Part shown: piece after piece, positions 10,159 to 20,517 of the stretch | Layout: each line of letters begins with the position of its first letter | Numbering within the stretch: position 1 is the first letter of the stretch | NCBI GenBank assembly: GCA_963813155.1 | Contig: CAWEYG010000003.1 | Location: 384,001-448,000, forward strand | Direction: 5' to 3' | DNA from: an uncultured Acidobacteriota bacterium | GTDB taxonomy: Bacteria; Acidobacteriota; Thermoanaerobaculia; UBA5066; DATFVB01 | Length of the DNA: 64,000 bases | Position numbers and translations under genes: made by a program | The notes under the pieces: model-generated | The model's database searches: none | What the model was told of the DNA's origin: nothing | The model's input: only the letters and a program-made list of their open reading frames with translations

Positions 10159-12649
10159 CTATCGCACGACCACGTTCAGCAGGCGGTCGGGGACGAAAAC
10201 GACTTTCACGCGCTGCTTGTCTGCGAGCCACTTCGCGACCGATTCGTCGGCCTCGGCGGCGGAGAGGACGTCGTTTTCCGCGGCGCCGCGGCCGAGTGTC
10301 ACCTGGCCGCGAAGCTTCCCGTTCACCTGCACCGCGTAGGTGACGGTTTCTTCGATCACGAGGGCGGGGTCGAAGGCGGGCCAGCCCGAGAACAGCAGAC
10401 TCTTCGCGCCCCCCGAGGCGCTCGTTGAGCTCCTCCGTGAGGTGCGGAGCGACCGGGTGAGCGAGAGACAGCAGGGTCCTCAGGGAGGCGTGCTTCTCCG
10501 CGGCCTCCGCGGCCGGGTCCCCGACGAGATCGACCACCTGGTGAAGGTACTCCATCAGGTGGGCCACGGCCGTGTGGAACGAAAAGTTCTCGAAATCTTC
10601 CGTGACGGCCTTCACGGCCCGGTGCCGGGCGCGCGAGGCGGGCGTGTCGGCCGCGGGGCTTCCCGACGGCGCCGGTCCGGCCTCGATCAGCCGGTCGGAA
10701 ACCGCTCGAAGGCGAGCCAGAAACCTCTCCGCGCCCGCGATCCCCTGGTCGCTCCACTCCGCCTCGGCCGTCGCGGGCCCGAGGAACAGCACGTACGTTC
10801 GGACGGCGTCCGCGCCCTTGCTCGCGATCAACGGGTCGAGCGAGACGGCGTTCCCGCGCGACTTGGACATCTTCTCCACCCGGCCCGAAGGTCCCATGCG
10901 CGTGATCATCCCCTGGTTGAACAGCGCCGCGAACGGTTCCTCGGCCTGAAGCATCCCGAGCCCCTTGAGCACGCGCGCGAAGAATCGCGCGTACAGGAGA
11001 TGGAGGATCGCGTGCTCGACGCCGCCGACATATTGCGTGACCGGAATCCAGCGCCTCGCGATCGCGGGATCGAACGGCCGTTCCGCATTCGAGGGGTCGA
11101 GATAGCGGATGAAATACCACGCGGAATCGACGAACGTGTCCATGGTGTCGGTCTCGCGCCGAGCCGGCCCTCCGCAGCGCGGACACGAAGTGTGGACGAA
11201 AGAATCGACTTTCTCCAGAGGGTTTCCGCCCTTCCCCGTGAACGGCGCTTCGGCCGGGAGCAGAACCGGGAGCTCGGACTCGGGCACGGGCACCCATCCG
11301 TCCTTCTCGCAGCGGACCATCGGGATCGGGGTTCCCCAGTAACGCTGCCGCGAGATCAGCCAGTCGCGAAGGCGGTACGTGACCCGGCGACGGCCTGCGC
11401 CCGACTCCTCGAGCGTTGCGATCGCCGCCTCGACGGCCTTCGGCCCGTTGGGAATCCCGTCCCACGACCCGGACCGGTAGAGAACACCCTCGTGCGCGAG
11501 GGCCGCCGCGGTCATGGCCGCCGGGTCGAGCTCCTCCTCGGTTCGATAGACCGGCCGGATGGGTAGCCCGTACTTGCGCGCGAATTCGAAGTCGCGCTGG
11601 TCATGCGCCGGCACGCCCATGATCGCGCCCGTTCCGTAGTCCGGCAGCACGAAGTTCGCGAGCCACACCGGGACGGGTTCGCCGAGAAGCGGATGAACCG
11701 CCTCGAATCCGGTCGGAATTCCCTCCTTCTCGCCCGATTCCGCCTCGCGAACGATCCGCGACTCCTCCCGGACTCTCCCGACGAAGGCCTCGATCTCGGC
11801 GCGGCGAGGACTCTTTGAAACGATCTTCGCGACGAGCGGATGCTCCGGCGCGAGCGCGACGAACGTCGCGCCATAGAGCGTGTCGGGTCGCGTCGTGAAC
11901 ACCGTCAGATTTTCGGACAGCCCGGGGATGCGGAACACGACGTCGGCGCCCGAGCTCTTCCCGATCCAGTTGCGCTGCATCGCGCGGACTTTGTCGGGCC
12001 ACTTGCCTTCGAGGTCGTCGAGCCCCGAGAGGAGCGATTCCGCCTCTTCCGTGATTCTCAGGAACCACTGCTCCAGCTCCCTCGATTCGACCGGACTGCC
12101 GCACCGGTCGCACACTCCGCCCTCGGCCTGTTCGTTCGCGAGGACGGTCTGGCAGGACGGACACCAGTTGACGGGGGCCTTCTTTCGAACCGCGAGGCCC
12201 TGCTCGTGCATTCTCAGGAAGAACCACTGGTTCCAGCGGTAATACCCGGGCTCGCACGTCGTGACTTCCTTCGTCCAGTCGTAGAGAACGCCCCAGGCGC
12301 GGAACTGCTCCTTCATCGCGGCGATGTTGGCGAGCGTCGACACGCGCGGATGAATCCCCTTTTCGATCGCGTAGTTTTCCGCCGGCAGTCCGAACGCGTC
12401 CCATCCCATCGGGCAGAAGACCGTGTTTCCCCGCTGCCGCCAGTACCGATGAAGGGCGTCGGTCAGGAAATACGTCCTCGCGTGTCCCACGTGAAGCCGG
12501 TCGCCGGAGGGATACGGCAACATGACGAGAAGGTACCTGCCCGACACCGACTCGTCGGAAGTGTCCACGAAGGCGGCCCTGTCTTTCGCCCACCGCTCCT
12601 GCCACTTCGGTTCGATCTCGTCCGGCGCGTAGCCGTCCCGCTCGTTCAT
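10159..12649 (-). CDS. leuS: Leucine--tRNA ligase, with one apparent indel at the C6 run 10409-10414
   Basis: MLPYPSG, HVGH (HIGH motif), [23 protein letters not shown]. The C-terminal VQVNGKLRG...LLNVVVR lies in a shifted frame (ORF 10159..10359). Confidence 0.97.
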
Positions 12650-12694
12650 GAAAGAGAAGCGAATCTAAATGACCGGAGACCGCGATTCAAGCAG

Positions 12695-13732
12695 TTACGC
12701 CCGAAGCTCCAGGTTTCCCATCGACGAGAGAACGCGAAGGAGGGTCCGCGGCATCTCCGCGAGGGAAACGACTTCGTCCACGGCCCCCGACTCCGCCGCC
12801 TCGCGTGGCATGCCGAAAACGACCGCCGACTCCTGCGACTCCGCAAGCGTCCGCCCTCCGGCTCCGCGCACGGAAACGACGCCCTCCCGCCCGTCACTGC
12901 CCATTCCGGTCAACACGACGGCAACGGTGCGGGCCCCGAACGTCGCGGCCGCGCTCCGGAAGAGCCGGTCGACCGACGGCGAATAGAGGTCCGGCGGCTG
13001 GCGGGGCGAGAGGTGAAATCTCGCGTTCTCGGCTTCCCCGGAAAACTCCAGATGGCCGCCTCCCGGGGCGACATAGGCCGCGCCCGGCTTCGCCCGCTGC
13101 CCTTCTGCCGCCTCTTCCACCGGAAACACGGCGCTCCGGGCGAGCCGCTGGGCGAAGAGGCGGGTAAACCCCGTCGGCATGTGCTGCGCGACGACGATCG
13201 GGAACGGAATCGCCGGGAGAGCCGCGAAGAGCGTCGAGATCGCCGACGGACCTCCCGTCGAGGCGCCGATGACGAGCACCCCCACCCCCGGGGCGATCGG
13301 TTCCGGCGGTCGGATGCGGTCGACGATGATCGGCCGGCTCAATCGCGCGCCGGCCGCCGCTCGGAGCTTCTCGAGCAGCACCTTCTCGAGCTTCGAATAC
13401 TCGGGCGAAGCGGTTGCCTGCGGCTTCACGATGAAATCCACGGCCCCGAGCTCGAGGGCGCGAAAGACGTCTTCCCGGCCGTGCCGGGAAGAGACGACGA
13501 TCGTCGGCGTCGGCCGGTTCGAGGCGAGCCAGCGGAGAACCGAAAAACCGTCGAGACCCGGCATCTCGAGATCGAGGGTGATGATGTCAGGCTCGTGCGC
13601 CATCGTCAGGCGGATCGCCTCCTCCCCGTTGACCGCCGACGCGACGACCTTCATCTCGGGGTCGGACTCGATCATCCGGGAGAGCGTGACCCGGGAGAAG
13701 GCGCTGTCGTCGGCGACGAGGACCCGGATCAT
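12695..13732 (-). CDS. cheB: Chemotaxis response regulator / protein-glutamate methylesterase
   Basis: Receiver domain (VADDS, LDLEMP) plus intact catalytic Ser-His-Asp in GASTGG, QHMP and LTGMGSDG. Start overlaps the cheR stop (ATGA). Confidence 0.95.
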   Translation of the reverse strand: MIRVLVADDSAFSRVTLSRMIESDPEMKVVASAVNGEEAIRLTMAHEPDIITLDLEMPGLDGFSVLRWLASNRPTPTIVVSSRHGREDVFRALELGAVDFIVKPQATASPEYSKLEKVLLEKLRAAAGARLSRPIIVDRIRPPEPIAPGVGVLVIGASTGGPSAISTLFAALPAIPFPIVVAQHMPTGFTRLFAQRLARSAVFPVEEAAEGQRAKPGAAYVAPGGGHLEFSGEAENARFHLSPRQPPDLYSPSVDRLFRSAAATFGARTVAVVLTGMGSDGREGVVSVRGAGGRTLAESQESAVVFGMPREAAESGAVDEVVSLAEMPRTLLRVLSSMGNLELRA

Positions 13733-14568
13733 TTCTGGTAGACCATGTCGTTTTTCAGGTGGCGAAGATGGAACTCGGTCGAGAAAGCCACGAGCGATTC
13801 GACTCGCCCGAGAAAGAGGTGCCCGCCGGGCGCGAGCCTCTTGTGCAGCGAGGCGACGACGGAACGCTTCGCGGAATCTTCCAGATAGATCAGGACGTTT
13901 CTGCAGAAGATGACGTGAAAGATCGGAAGCGCGGCGAGGCGGGCCGACTCGATCAGGTTCACACGCCCGAACGAGACGCGCCGGCGAACGTCCTCCCGGA
14001 TCCTGTATCGCCCGGGGCCTTCGAGCTCGAAGAACTTCGAGCGGCGATCCTCCGACGTCTGCCGGAAGGAGTTCTCGCGGAAAATGCCGGCCCGGGCCCG
14101 GCCGATGCTTCCCAGGGACACGTCGCTGCCGAAAATCTCGACCTCTCGGCGATCGAATGCGCCAATCTCCTCGAGAAGCATGGCGAGCGTGTACGGCTCC
14201 TCTCCGGAAGCACAGCCCGCGCTCCAGATCTTCAGCGGTTCCGCGCCGCGAGACGCCGCTTCCCATTCCGGGAGGACCTCGTCCGTGAAAGCCGCGAGTT
14301 GCTCCGGCTCCCGAAAGAAATATGTCTCGGGATTCGTGATCCGGTCGATCAGCGCGTCAAACTCGGACTCCTCGGGGCTGCCGTAGCGAAGGCGAAGAAG
14401 ATAAGACCGGGGGCCGTCGAGCCTCAGCTCTTCGACCCGGCGGAGGACCCGCGACTCGAGGAGAAAACGATTCGAGTCGGTGAAATCGATTCCGCACCTC
14501 TCCCGGACGAGGTCCGCGAACACGCGGTAGAGCTCGTTCGGAAAAGGCGCTCCGCCGTTCTGCGTCAC
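13729..14568 (-). CDS. cheR: Chemotaxis protein-glutamate methyltransferase
   Basis: TNPETYFFRE, KIWSAGCASGEEPYTLAM, IFCRNVLIY, LFLGRVES. GTG start overlaps the HEAT gene stop. Confidence 0.95.
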   Translation of the reverse strand: MTQNGGAPFPNELYRVFADLVRERCGIDFTDSNRFLLESRVLRRVEELRLDGPRSYLLRLRYGSPEESEFDALIDRITNPETYFFREPEQLAAFTDEVLPEWEAASRGAEPLKIWSAGCASGEEPYTLAMLLEEIGAFDRREVEIFGSDVSLGSIGRARAGIFRENSFRQTSEDRRSKFFELEGPGRYRIREDVRRRVSFGRVNLIESARLAALPIFHVIFCRNVLIYLEDSAKRSVVASLHKRLAPGGHLFLGRVESLVAFSTEFHLRHLKNDMVYQK

Positions 14569-16793
14569 TGCAACGGCTCGCTCCGGAGAACTTCCGCGAG
14601 GATCCCGGCCGTGCGGGGCTCTGCTTCGCGCCATGCGAGCTCGATCTCGGCGGACAGCTTCGGCCGCAGGCGCGCGAGAGTCGCGCTCACGTCTTCCGCG
14701 AGCGCGGTTCGGGACAGCGCCCCAACGAGGACCGGAACGTCCTGCGCCGCGGCGATCCGCTCGATTGCGGCGAGGGCGGAGCGCGCGACGAGATCGTCCG
14801 GGTCCCGCAGAAGGGCCTGGTGGAGGAGCGGCCGGCGGTCCGTTCGGCCGCGGCGCCCGAGCGCCTCGAGCGCGGTCGCGCGCAGCCTCCAGTCGGGGTC
14901 GGCCGCGCGCCGGTCCAGCTCCCGATCCGCCTCGGCGGTTGGCGTGTCCGCGACGGCTGCGAGAGCCGCCTGCCGGATCTCGGCGTCCGGGTCTTCGAGC
15001 GAGCGCGAGATCGAGCCCCACGCGGACTCTCCCCCGATCCGCCCCAGAGCCTCGAGGGCGGCAATCCTCTCCGGCGCCTCCCCTTTTTCCGATATCTCCG
15101 CGAGCCGCTCGGCATCCTCCGGCTCGCCCATCGCCCCGAGGCCCCGGCAAGCAGCCGCGCGCACCCAGAGATCGTCGTCCTGGAGCGACGCGAGAATCGC
15201 CTCCCGGCGGCTGGATGGCTGCGGCGTCGCTGCGATCGCGACGACGGCCGCCTGTCGAACGAGAGCGTTCTCGTCCGCAAGCGCGTGGTCGAACAGGGGG
15301 GCCAGCGACACGTCCATCGACCGGGCCGCCAGGGCCACGGCCCTCGCCCGGACGACGGAGTCTTCGTCTTTGCTCGCCGTCGAGACCCTCGAGCGGAACT
15401 CTTCCGATCCGATCTCGAACAGGAGCGAAAGGGCGTTTGCCCGGGTGAGAGCATCGCGTCCCGCCGCCGCGCGCACGACCCGGCGCTGCAGCGGGTCCCG
15501 GAGCTCGGGGTGTCGCCGGACGAGCGCCGCGAGCGCATCCACGGCGGCGGTGTCGACGCCCGCGTCGGAATCCCCGAGGTGGGCGATCAGATAATCCATC
15601 GCGCGCGAATCCGCGATTTTCGAGATCAACTCGACCGCTCGGCGCCGAACCGCGGGCGAGTCGTGCTCGAGCAGCCCGAGGACCGGAAAGAGCATCCCGG
15701 CCTCGGGTCGGGTCGAGAGCAGCTTCAGCGCGATCTCTGCCTTCTGTTCGTCGGCAGACGGCGAAAGAAGCGACAGCAGTGCCGGGTCCGACGCCGCGCC
15801 GAAGTCCGCGAGGGCCTTTTCGGCGGCATCAGAAACCTCCGACCCGAGCGCTGCGAGGAGCACGGGAACCGATTCGGGAGCGGCGATCCAGCCGAGCGCC
15901 CGCAGCAGGTTTCCTTTTCGGTCGGGGCGATCGGTCTTGCGGATGGCCAGGGCGATCGCGGCGGCCGTGCCCGGCGGCGCGTTCTCGCGGAACTTTCGCC
16001 GAAGATACGCCCGCTCGCGGTCGGCCACGATCCGGGGCCTCGACGCCTCGTCCACGGCCACGAAGGCCTGGAGCAGCGGAAAATCGGGAACAGAAGAAGA
16101 CGACAGCCTCGAAGCGAGCAGATCGATCGAACCGAATCCCCCGATCGAGCCCGCCGCCTCGAGAATCGCTTTCTTGAGCGCCGCATTTTGGTCGCAGGCG
16201 ACGATCGCCGGAAGCGCCTCGACCGCCTTCAGCCGGCCGAGGGTCTCGATCGCGTGGTAGTGGAGCCAGGGATTGTCGCCCGAAAGGATGGCGACCAAAG
16301 CGGGAATCGCCTCGCGACGGCTGAGTTTTCCGAGAGAAACGATGGCGGCCGACGCCACGTTGACGTCGTCATGACGCAGCAATTCCACGAGCGCCGCGAC
16401 GCTCTCGTCGCCCGGAATGTCGCCCAGCACGGTTGCGATCGCGATCTTGCTGTCGGGCTCCGTGACCCGGTTCAACTCGAAGAGCAGGTAAGGAAGCGCA
16501 CGGCTTTCGATCGCCCGTAACGCGTCGGCGGCGGCGTTTCGCCGCCCGGCGTTCGCCTGGTCGTAGAGAGCCGGAATCAACGCCCGAACGACATCTTCGC
16601 TGGGGTTCGCTTCGAGCCCTTCGATCGCCGCCTTCCGCACCCGCCAGTCGGGATCTCCCGCGAGCTGGACGAGCAGGTTCAGGGACTCCGCGTCCGACCG
16701 CTCCATGAGGATCCGCGCGCACTTCTGCCGCACGTCCGAGTTCTGGTCCTGCGAATCGCGCTTCAGCGCGTCGATCAGATCTCCGTCGTTCAC
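14565..16793 (-). CDS. HEAT/PBS-lyase repeat protein, about 742 aa
   Basis: Many repeats such as DPDWRVRKAA, DSPAVRRRA, DEDSVVRARA, DENALVRQAA, DDDLWVRAAA, DPDAEIRQAA, DPDWRLRATA. GTG start at 16793 with GGAG upstream. Confidence 0.9.
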   Translation of the reverse strand: MNDGDLIDALKRDSQDQNSDVRQKCARILMERSDAESLNLLVQLAGDPDWRVRKAAIEGLEANPSEDVVRALIPALYDQANAGRRNAAADALRAIESRALPYLLFELNRVTEPDSKIAIATVLGDIPGDESVAALVELLRHDDVNVASAAIVSLGKLSRREAIPALVAILSGDNPWLHYHAIETLGRLKAVEALPAIVACDQNAALKKAILEAAGSIGGFGSIDLLASRLSSSSVPDFPLLQAFVAVDEASRPRIVADRERAYLRRKFRENAPPGTAAAIALAIRKTDRPDRKGNLLRALGWIAAPESVPVLLAALGSEVSDAAEKALADFGAASDPALLSLLSPSADEQKAEIALKLLSTRPEAGMLFPVLGLLEHDSPAVRRRAVELISKIADSRAMDYLIAHLGDSDAGVDTAAVDALAALVRRHPELRDPLQRRVVRAAAGRDALTRANALSLLFEIGSEEFRSRVSTASKDEDSVVRARAVALAARSMDVSLAPLFDHALADENALVRQAAVVAIAATPQPSSRREAILASLQDDDLWVRAAACRGLGAMGEPEDAERLAEISEKGEAPERIAALEALGRIGGESAWGSISRSLEDPDAEIRQAALAAVADTPTAEADRELDRRAADPDWRLRATALEALGRRGRTDRRPLLHQALLRDPDDLVARSALAAIERIAAAQDVPVLVGALSRTALAEDVSATLARLRPKLSAEIELAWREAEPRTAGILAEVLRSEPLQ

Positions 16794-17158
16794 ATCTCCT
16801 CCGCGTAGAGCGCGACGTTCCCCGCGAGCGCTCGGGAAACCGTCGCCGGCCGGGTCTCGGCGACGAGAAAGAAGTCGTGCTTTGCCCCGCGAACGAGAAC
16901 GAAGCTCTCCGCAGGGCCCCCGATACCGCGCACTTCCAGCGCCCGTCCGCGCCAGAAGGAGACTCCGATGCCCGGGGCGCCGGGGAGGAGCGAATAGGCC
17001 AGCGCGGGCGCGATCTCGACGACGGAACCGGCCGGGAGGAAAACGCCCCTCCCGCCGTGTCCGAAGACGAGCCCGAGGTCGTCGGGCGTCAGAGCCGGCG
17101 GCTCGCGAAAATAGCGGCCGATCGCCCGCCTCGCGGGAAACTCCCGACGCTCGCTCAA
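16790..17158 (-). CDS. Short, divergent CheW-like protein
   Basis: Position between cheA and the HEAT gene with overlapping start/stop codons; SVVEI...LLPGAP.IGVSFWRGR resembles the CheW VPxxPxxxxGxxxxRG motif. Confidence 0.55.
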   Translation of the reverse strand: MSERREFPARRAIGRYFREPPALTPDDLGLVFGHGGRGVFLPAGSVVEIAPALAYSLLPGAPGIGVSFWRGRALEVRGIGGPAESFVLVRGAKHDFFLVAETRPATVSRALAGNVALYAEEM

Positions 17159-19023
17159 TTCGGCTTCTCGAAGGCGCTGCGGAGGAGCCTTTTCGGGTCG
17201 AGGACGAGGATCGCCTCCTCGCCCTTTCCCTCGGAAGCGCCAATCAGATACGAGGGCGCCATCGACGTCGCGACCGGCCGAACGACGAGCATCTCCTGGC
17301 GGAGCACCTCGCCGACGGAAATCGACGAGGAATCCGGCAGGAAGATCTGCACGCGCCTCCTACCCGCGGGCGGTTCGCCGCCCCCGAGCGCGCGCGAAAG
17401 CGGAAGGGCGCCCGACTCCGAGCCCTCCCTCGCGACTCGCGCGACGGCGGCGAGGGGAAAAGCGTAGGCGTGGCCCGATTCGCGCACGACGATCGCGTCG
17501 AAGACGGCCTGCGAGACGGAGACCTCGATTTCGAATCTCGTCCCCGATCCCGGAGTGGAGAAGGTACGAACTTCCCCGTGCCGGGACTCGACCCGGTCTT
17601 TGACAAGGTCCAACCCGACTCCCCTGCCCGAGATCTCGGAAATCGCGCTCGCGGTCGAGAACCCGGGACGAAACAGAAACGCGAAGACTTCGTCCCGTGT
17701 CGGGACAGCCCCGTCCGGAATCCAGCCGAGGATCTTCGCCCGCGCCACGACGGCCGCTTCGTCGATTCCTTTGCCGTCGTCCGCGATGGAAACGACGAGG
17801 CGGGAGCTCCGGGAGCGGGCCATGATCGTGATCGAGCCCTCCTCGGGCTTTCCCGCCGCGCGCCTTTCGAGAGGTGACTCCAGCCCATGGTCGATCGCGT
17901 TTCGAACGAGATGGAGAAGCGGATCCGCCAGGTCCTCCGCGAGGGAGCGGTCGATCTCGACGTCCCCTCCGAGGATCCGGAACGCGGCTCGCTTGCCCGA
18001 GGTCGAGAGGATCCGCCCGGCCGCCCGCCGCAACCGGTCGGCGAGCGACGAGAGGGGAACCGTCCGAATCGCCGCCGCCTCCTTCGTCAGCCGCGCCAGC
18101 GAGGCATCCACCCTCTTTCGCAGGCGGGAAAGGGAGACCCTTTGCGACGGCGCGAGGCCCGACTCGAGTCTCTCGACTTCCGCGGACAGTTTCTGGAAGG
18201 CCCCGCGGGCTTCTTCCGCCTCCGAAAGGAGCTGCTCCACCCGGGCGGTCTCGAGGCGGATGCTCTTGCCCGTTGTGGAACGAATCGATTCGACCTCCGG
18301 CTCGGGTTCCCGCTCGCGGTCCACCCGGGCGACCGAGACTCCCTCTCCAAAGCCTTCCGGATCGCTCGCGGCGGCGGCCAGCAACTGGACCGACAGGCGC
18401 TCCGCCGAGAACCCCGAAACCTGGGGCAGCGTCGCAATCCATTCGCCGTTCTCGTTCAGCTTCGCTCCGACGCCCTTGAGACCCGACTCGAAGTTCTCGA
18501 GCGGAAACGAGGCGTCCAAAGTGAAAATTCGCAATCCGGCCGAAAGGTTGACGCGAAGCCGGCTCTCCTCGTACTCCGAGAGGCACGACACGGTCTTTTC
18601 CGGCAGATTCACGAGCTCGGACAGGGGCGTGAGCGGCCCCGCGGCCTCCGGCTCCCGCGCCCGGGAAAGGGACACGAGGGCTTCCTCGGCGGAAAACCCG
18701 TCGTCGGTTCCGCCCTGCGCCGCGGCGGCCAGCGAGTCCTCGAAGATCTCGAAGAATCTCGACAGCGAGTCGCGAACCGGCCCCGACCACGGAAGTTTCG
18801 AAAGGCGGATCGAGTCGAGGAGATTCTCCGCCTCGTGAAGAGCGCGGCCGAACTTCGACATGCCCGCGAGACCCGCGAGGCCCTTCAGCGAATGAACCGC
18901 TCGAAACAACTCGTTGATTTCCGCGATTTTCGGCGCGCGTCCGGCCTCGAGGATCCGGTGGATGACCTCCAGCCTCTCCGATGCCTCCGCGGCGAAATCG
19001 ACCCGCCCGGCGGGTCCTTTCAT
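17155..19023 (-). CDS. cheA: Chemotaxis histidine kinase with a short, degenerate C-terminal CheW-like (P5) domain
   Basis: HPt ELFRAVHSLKGLAG; HATPase boxes HLVRNAIDHGLE, DDGKGID, FRPGFST, SGRGVGLD, GSGTRF; ends ILVLDP. Confidence 0.92.
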   Translation of the reverse strand: MKGPAGRVDFAAEASERLEVIHRILEAGRAPKIAEINELFRAVHSLKGLAGLAGMSKFGRALHEAENLLDSIRLSKLPWSGPVRDSLSRFFEIFEDSLAAAAQGGTDDGFSAEEALVSLSRAREPEAAGPLTPLSELVNLPEKTVSCLSEYEESRLRVNLSAGLRIFTLDASFPLENFESGLKGVGAKLNENGEWIATLPQVSGFSAERLSVQLLAAAASDPEGFGEGVSVARVDREREPEPEVESIRSTTGKSIRLETARVEQLLSEAEEARGAFQKLSAEVERLESGLAPSQRVSLSRLRKRVDASLARLTKEAAAIRTVPLSSLADRLRRAAGRILSTSGKRAAFRILGGDVEIDRSLAEDLADPLLHLVRNAIDHGLESPLERRAAGKPEEGSITIMARSRSSRLVVSIADDGKGIDEAAVVARAKILGWIPDGAVPTRDEVFAFLFRPGFSTASAISEISGRGVGLDLVKDRVESRHGEVRTFSTPGSGTRFEIEVSVSQAVFDAIVVRESGHAYAFPLAAVARVAREGSESGALPLSRALGGGEPPAGRRRVQIFLPDSSSISVGEVLRQEMLVVRPVATSMAPSYLIGASEGKGEEAILVLDPKRLLRSAFEKPN

Positions 19024-19409
19024 GGCGCCGAGGAAACCTTCTTTTCGAGGAGCCGGTCGACCGCGGCGCACAGCTGCTCCGGCGTGAACGGCTTCCGGAC
19101 GTAATCCTCCGAACCGAGCGAAAGGGCTCGCTCCACGTCTTCCTGGGCGACCTCCGTCGAGACCACGAGGATCGGGATGGTCTTGTACTGCGGGTGATTT
19201 TTCAGGAAGCCGATCAGTTCCAGACCGTTGATATCGGGCATGTTCACGTCGGTCACGATGATGTCGAACAGGTGCCGCGGCAGGAGCCTCAGCGCTTCGA
19301 AGCCGGACGCCGCTTCGAAAACTTCGCGGCGCTCGGGGTCGTCGAGCGCGGAGACGATCATCGACCGGGTCGCGTCGGAGTCTTCGACGACGAGAACGCG
19401 CTTGATCAT
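19020..19409 (-). CDS. cheY: Single-domain CheY-like response regulator
   Basis: VLVVEDS, TDVNMPDINGLEL, VST, RKPF; 129 aa. Confidence 0.85.
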   Translation of the reverse strand: MIKRVLVVEDSDATRSMIVSALDDPERREVFEAASGFEALRLLPRHLFDIIVTDVNMPDINGLELIGFLKNHPQYKTIPILVVSTEVAQEDVERALSLGSEDYVRKPFTPEQLCAAVDRLLEKKVSSAP

Positions 19410-20101
19410 TCTGCCCCCTCCGAAATTCGCTGAAGATGAAGATCTTCCGGCCGCGTCCAGGATCGATGCGCGAAAGGCACGTAGTGCGCGTTCACGGAGA
19501 GCCGGCGGGCGAGAGGGTCGGCGAAACGCCAGCCGCGGCCGGGCGAATAGATTTTCACCCACCGATGATAAACGCCGCCGAGCTCCGGCGCGTAACCGGG
19601 CATCGAGGGGTCCGCGACGAGGATCCCCTGCACGGTTTCGGCGGCGATGCCTGCCCGCCGCAGCAGGTCGACGGCGAGCTCCGCGAACCCGACGCAATGG
19701 GCGCGCCGGGACGCGAACACCGAGACGGGGTCCTGCGGGAGGCCGCGATCGGGGTCGTACTCGATCTCGGCCGAGACCCATTCCAGAATCGCTCCCTCCA
19801 CCTCTCCTTCGACGGTTTTCCCGCGGCAGAGCTGCGCCGCGAGCGCGTCGCGCTCCGGAGCGGACGGAAGGCGGAATCCCGACCGGTCCGGGGTATACGG
19901 CAAACGCCGCTCGGCGCCGGCGGGCGCGGTCCGAACGATCAGCCGGACGCCCGCGCGCTCCGGAAAGGCCTCCATTGAATAGCCGTTCACGTCGTACTGG
20001 CCGAACAGAGAGGCGTCCCTGCCGTGCGCCAGGTAAACGGCCGTTTCGGCGGCGGCGGGCAGCGAGGCGAGAAGCGCGGCGAAGGCGACAATCGTCCTCA
20101 C
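19406..20101 (-). CDS. Exported transglutaminase-like (Cys-His-Asp) protein
   Basis: Signal peptide VRTIVAFAALLASLPAAA; AHCVGFAELAVDLLRRAGI, YHRW, GWRFADP. Overlaps both nusB and cheY by 4 nt. Confidence 0.8.
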   Translation of the reverse strand: MRTIVAFAALLASLPAAAETAVYLAHGRDASLFGQYDVNGYSMEAFPERAGVRLIVRTAPAGAERRLPYTPDRSGFRLPSAPERDALAAQLCRGKTVEGEVEGAILEWVSAEIEYDPDRGLPQDPVSVFASRRAHCVGFAELAVDLLRRAGIAAETVQGILVADPSMPGYAPELGGVYHRWVKIYSPGRGWRFADPLARRLSVNAHYVPFAHRSWTRPEDLHLQRISEGAE

Positions 20102-20517
20102 GGGCGTTCCGATTCCGCCGGAGCCTTCAGCACCCCGTCGAGAATCCCGTTGATGAACTGGGAGGACCTCGGGGTGGAAAAGCGCTTCGCGATCTCGAGC
20201 GCCTCGTCGATGACGACCGGAGCCGGCGTGTCCGGCTCGTGCCGGATCTCGTAAAGCGCCATCCGAAGGATGTTGCGGTCGACGGCCGGCATCCGCTCGA
20301 GGCGCCAGTTGTCCGCCTGACGCACGATCAGCGCGTCGATCTCGGAACGGTGGTTGAGAGTTCCCACGACGAGCTTCTTCGCGTAGTCGCGCGTCGACTC
20401 GGCTGCGTGGTGCCATTCCTGGAAGTGCGTGAACATGTCCTCCGGCGAGGTTCCGGTCAGATCGTTCTCGAAAAGCATTTGCAGCGCGAGCTCCCTCGCG
20501 CGACGACGCGAGCCCAT
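20098..20517 (-). CDS. nusB: Transcription antitermination factor NusB
   Basis: MGSRRRARELALQMLF, NWRLERMPAVDRNILR, VIDEALEIAKRFS, FINGILD. Confidence 0.97.
   Translation of the reverse strand: MGSRRRARELALQMLFENDLTGTSPEDMFTHFQEWHHAAESTRDYAKKLVVGTLNHRSEIDALIVRQADNWRLERMPAVDRNILRMALYEIRHEPDTPAPVVIDEALEIAKRFSTPRSSQFINGILDGVLKAPAESERP

Noticed and set aside
9575-12649. 1024-aa LeuS-LptE fusion in the ORF track
   Set aside because: One extra base in the C6 run at 10409-10414 explains it. The true LeuS C-terminus is in another frame and LptE has its own signal peptide and lipobox.
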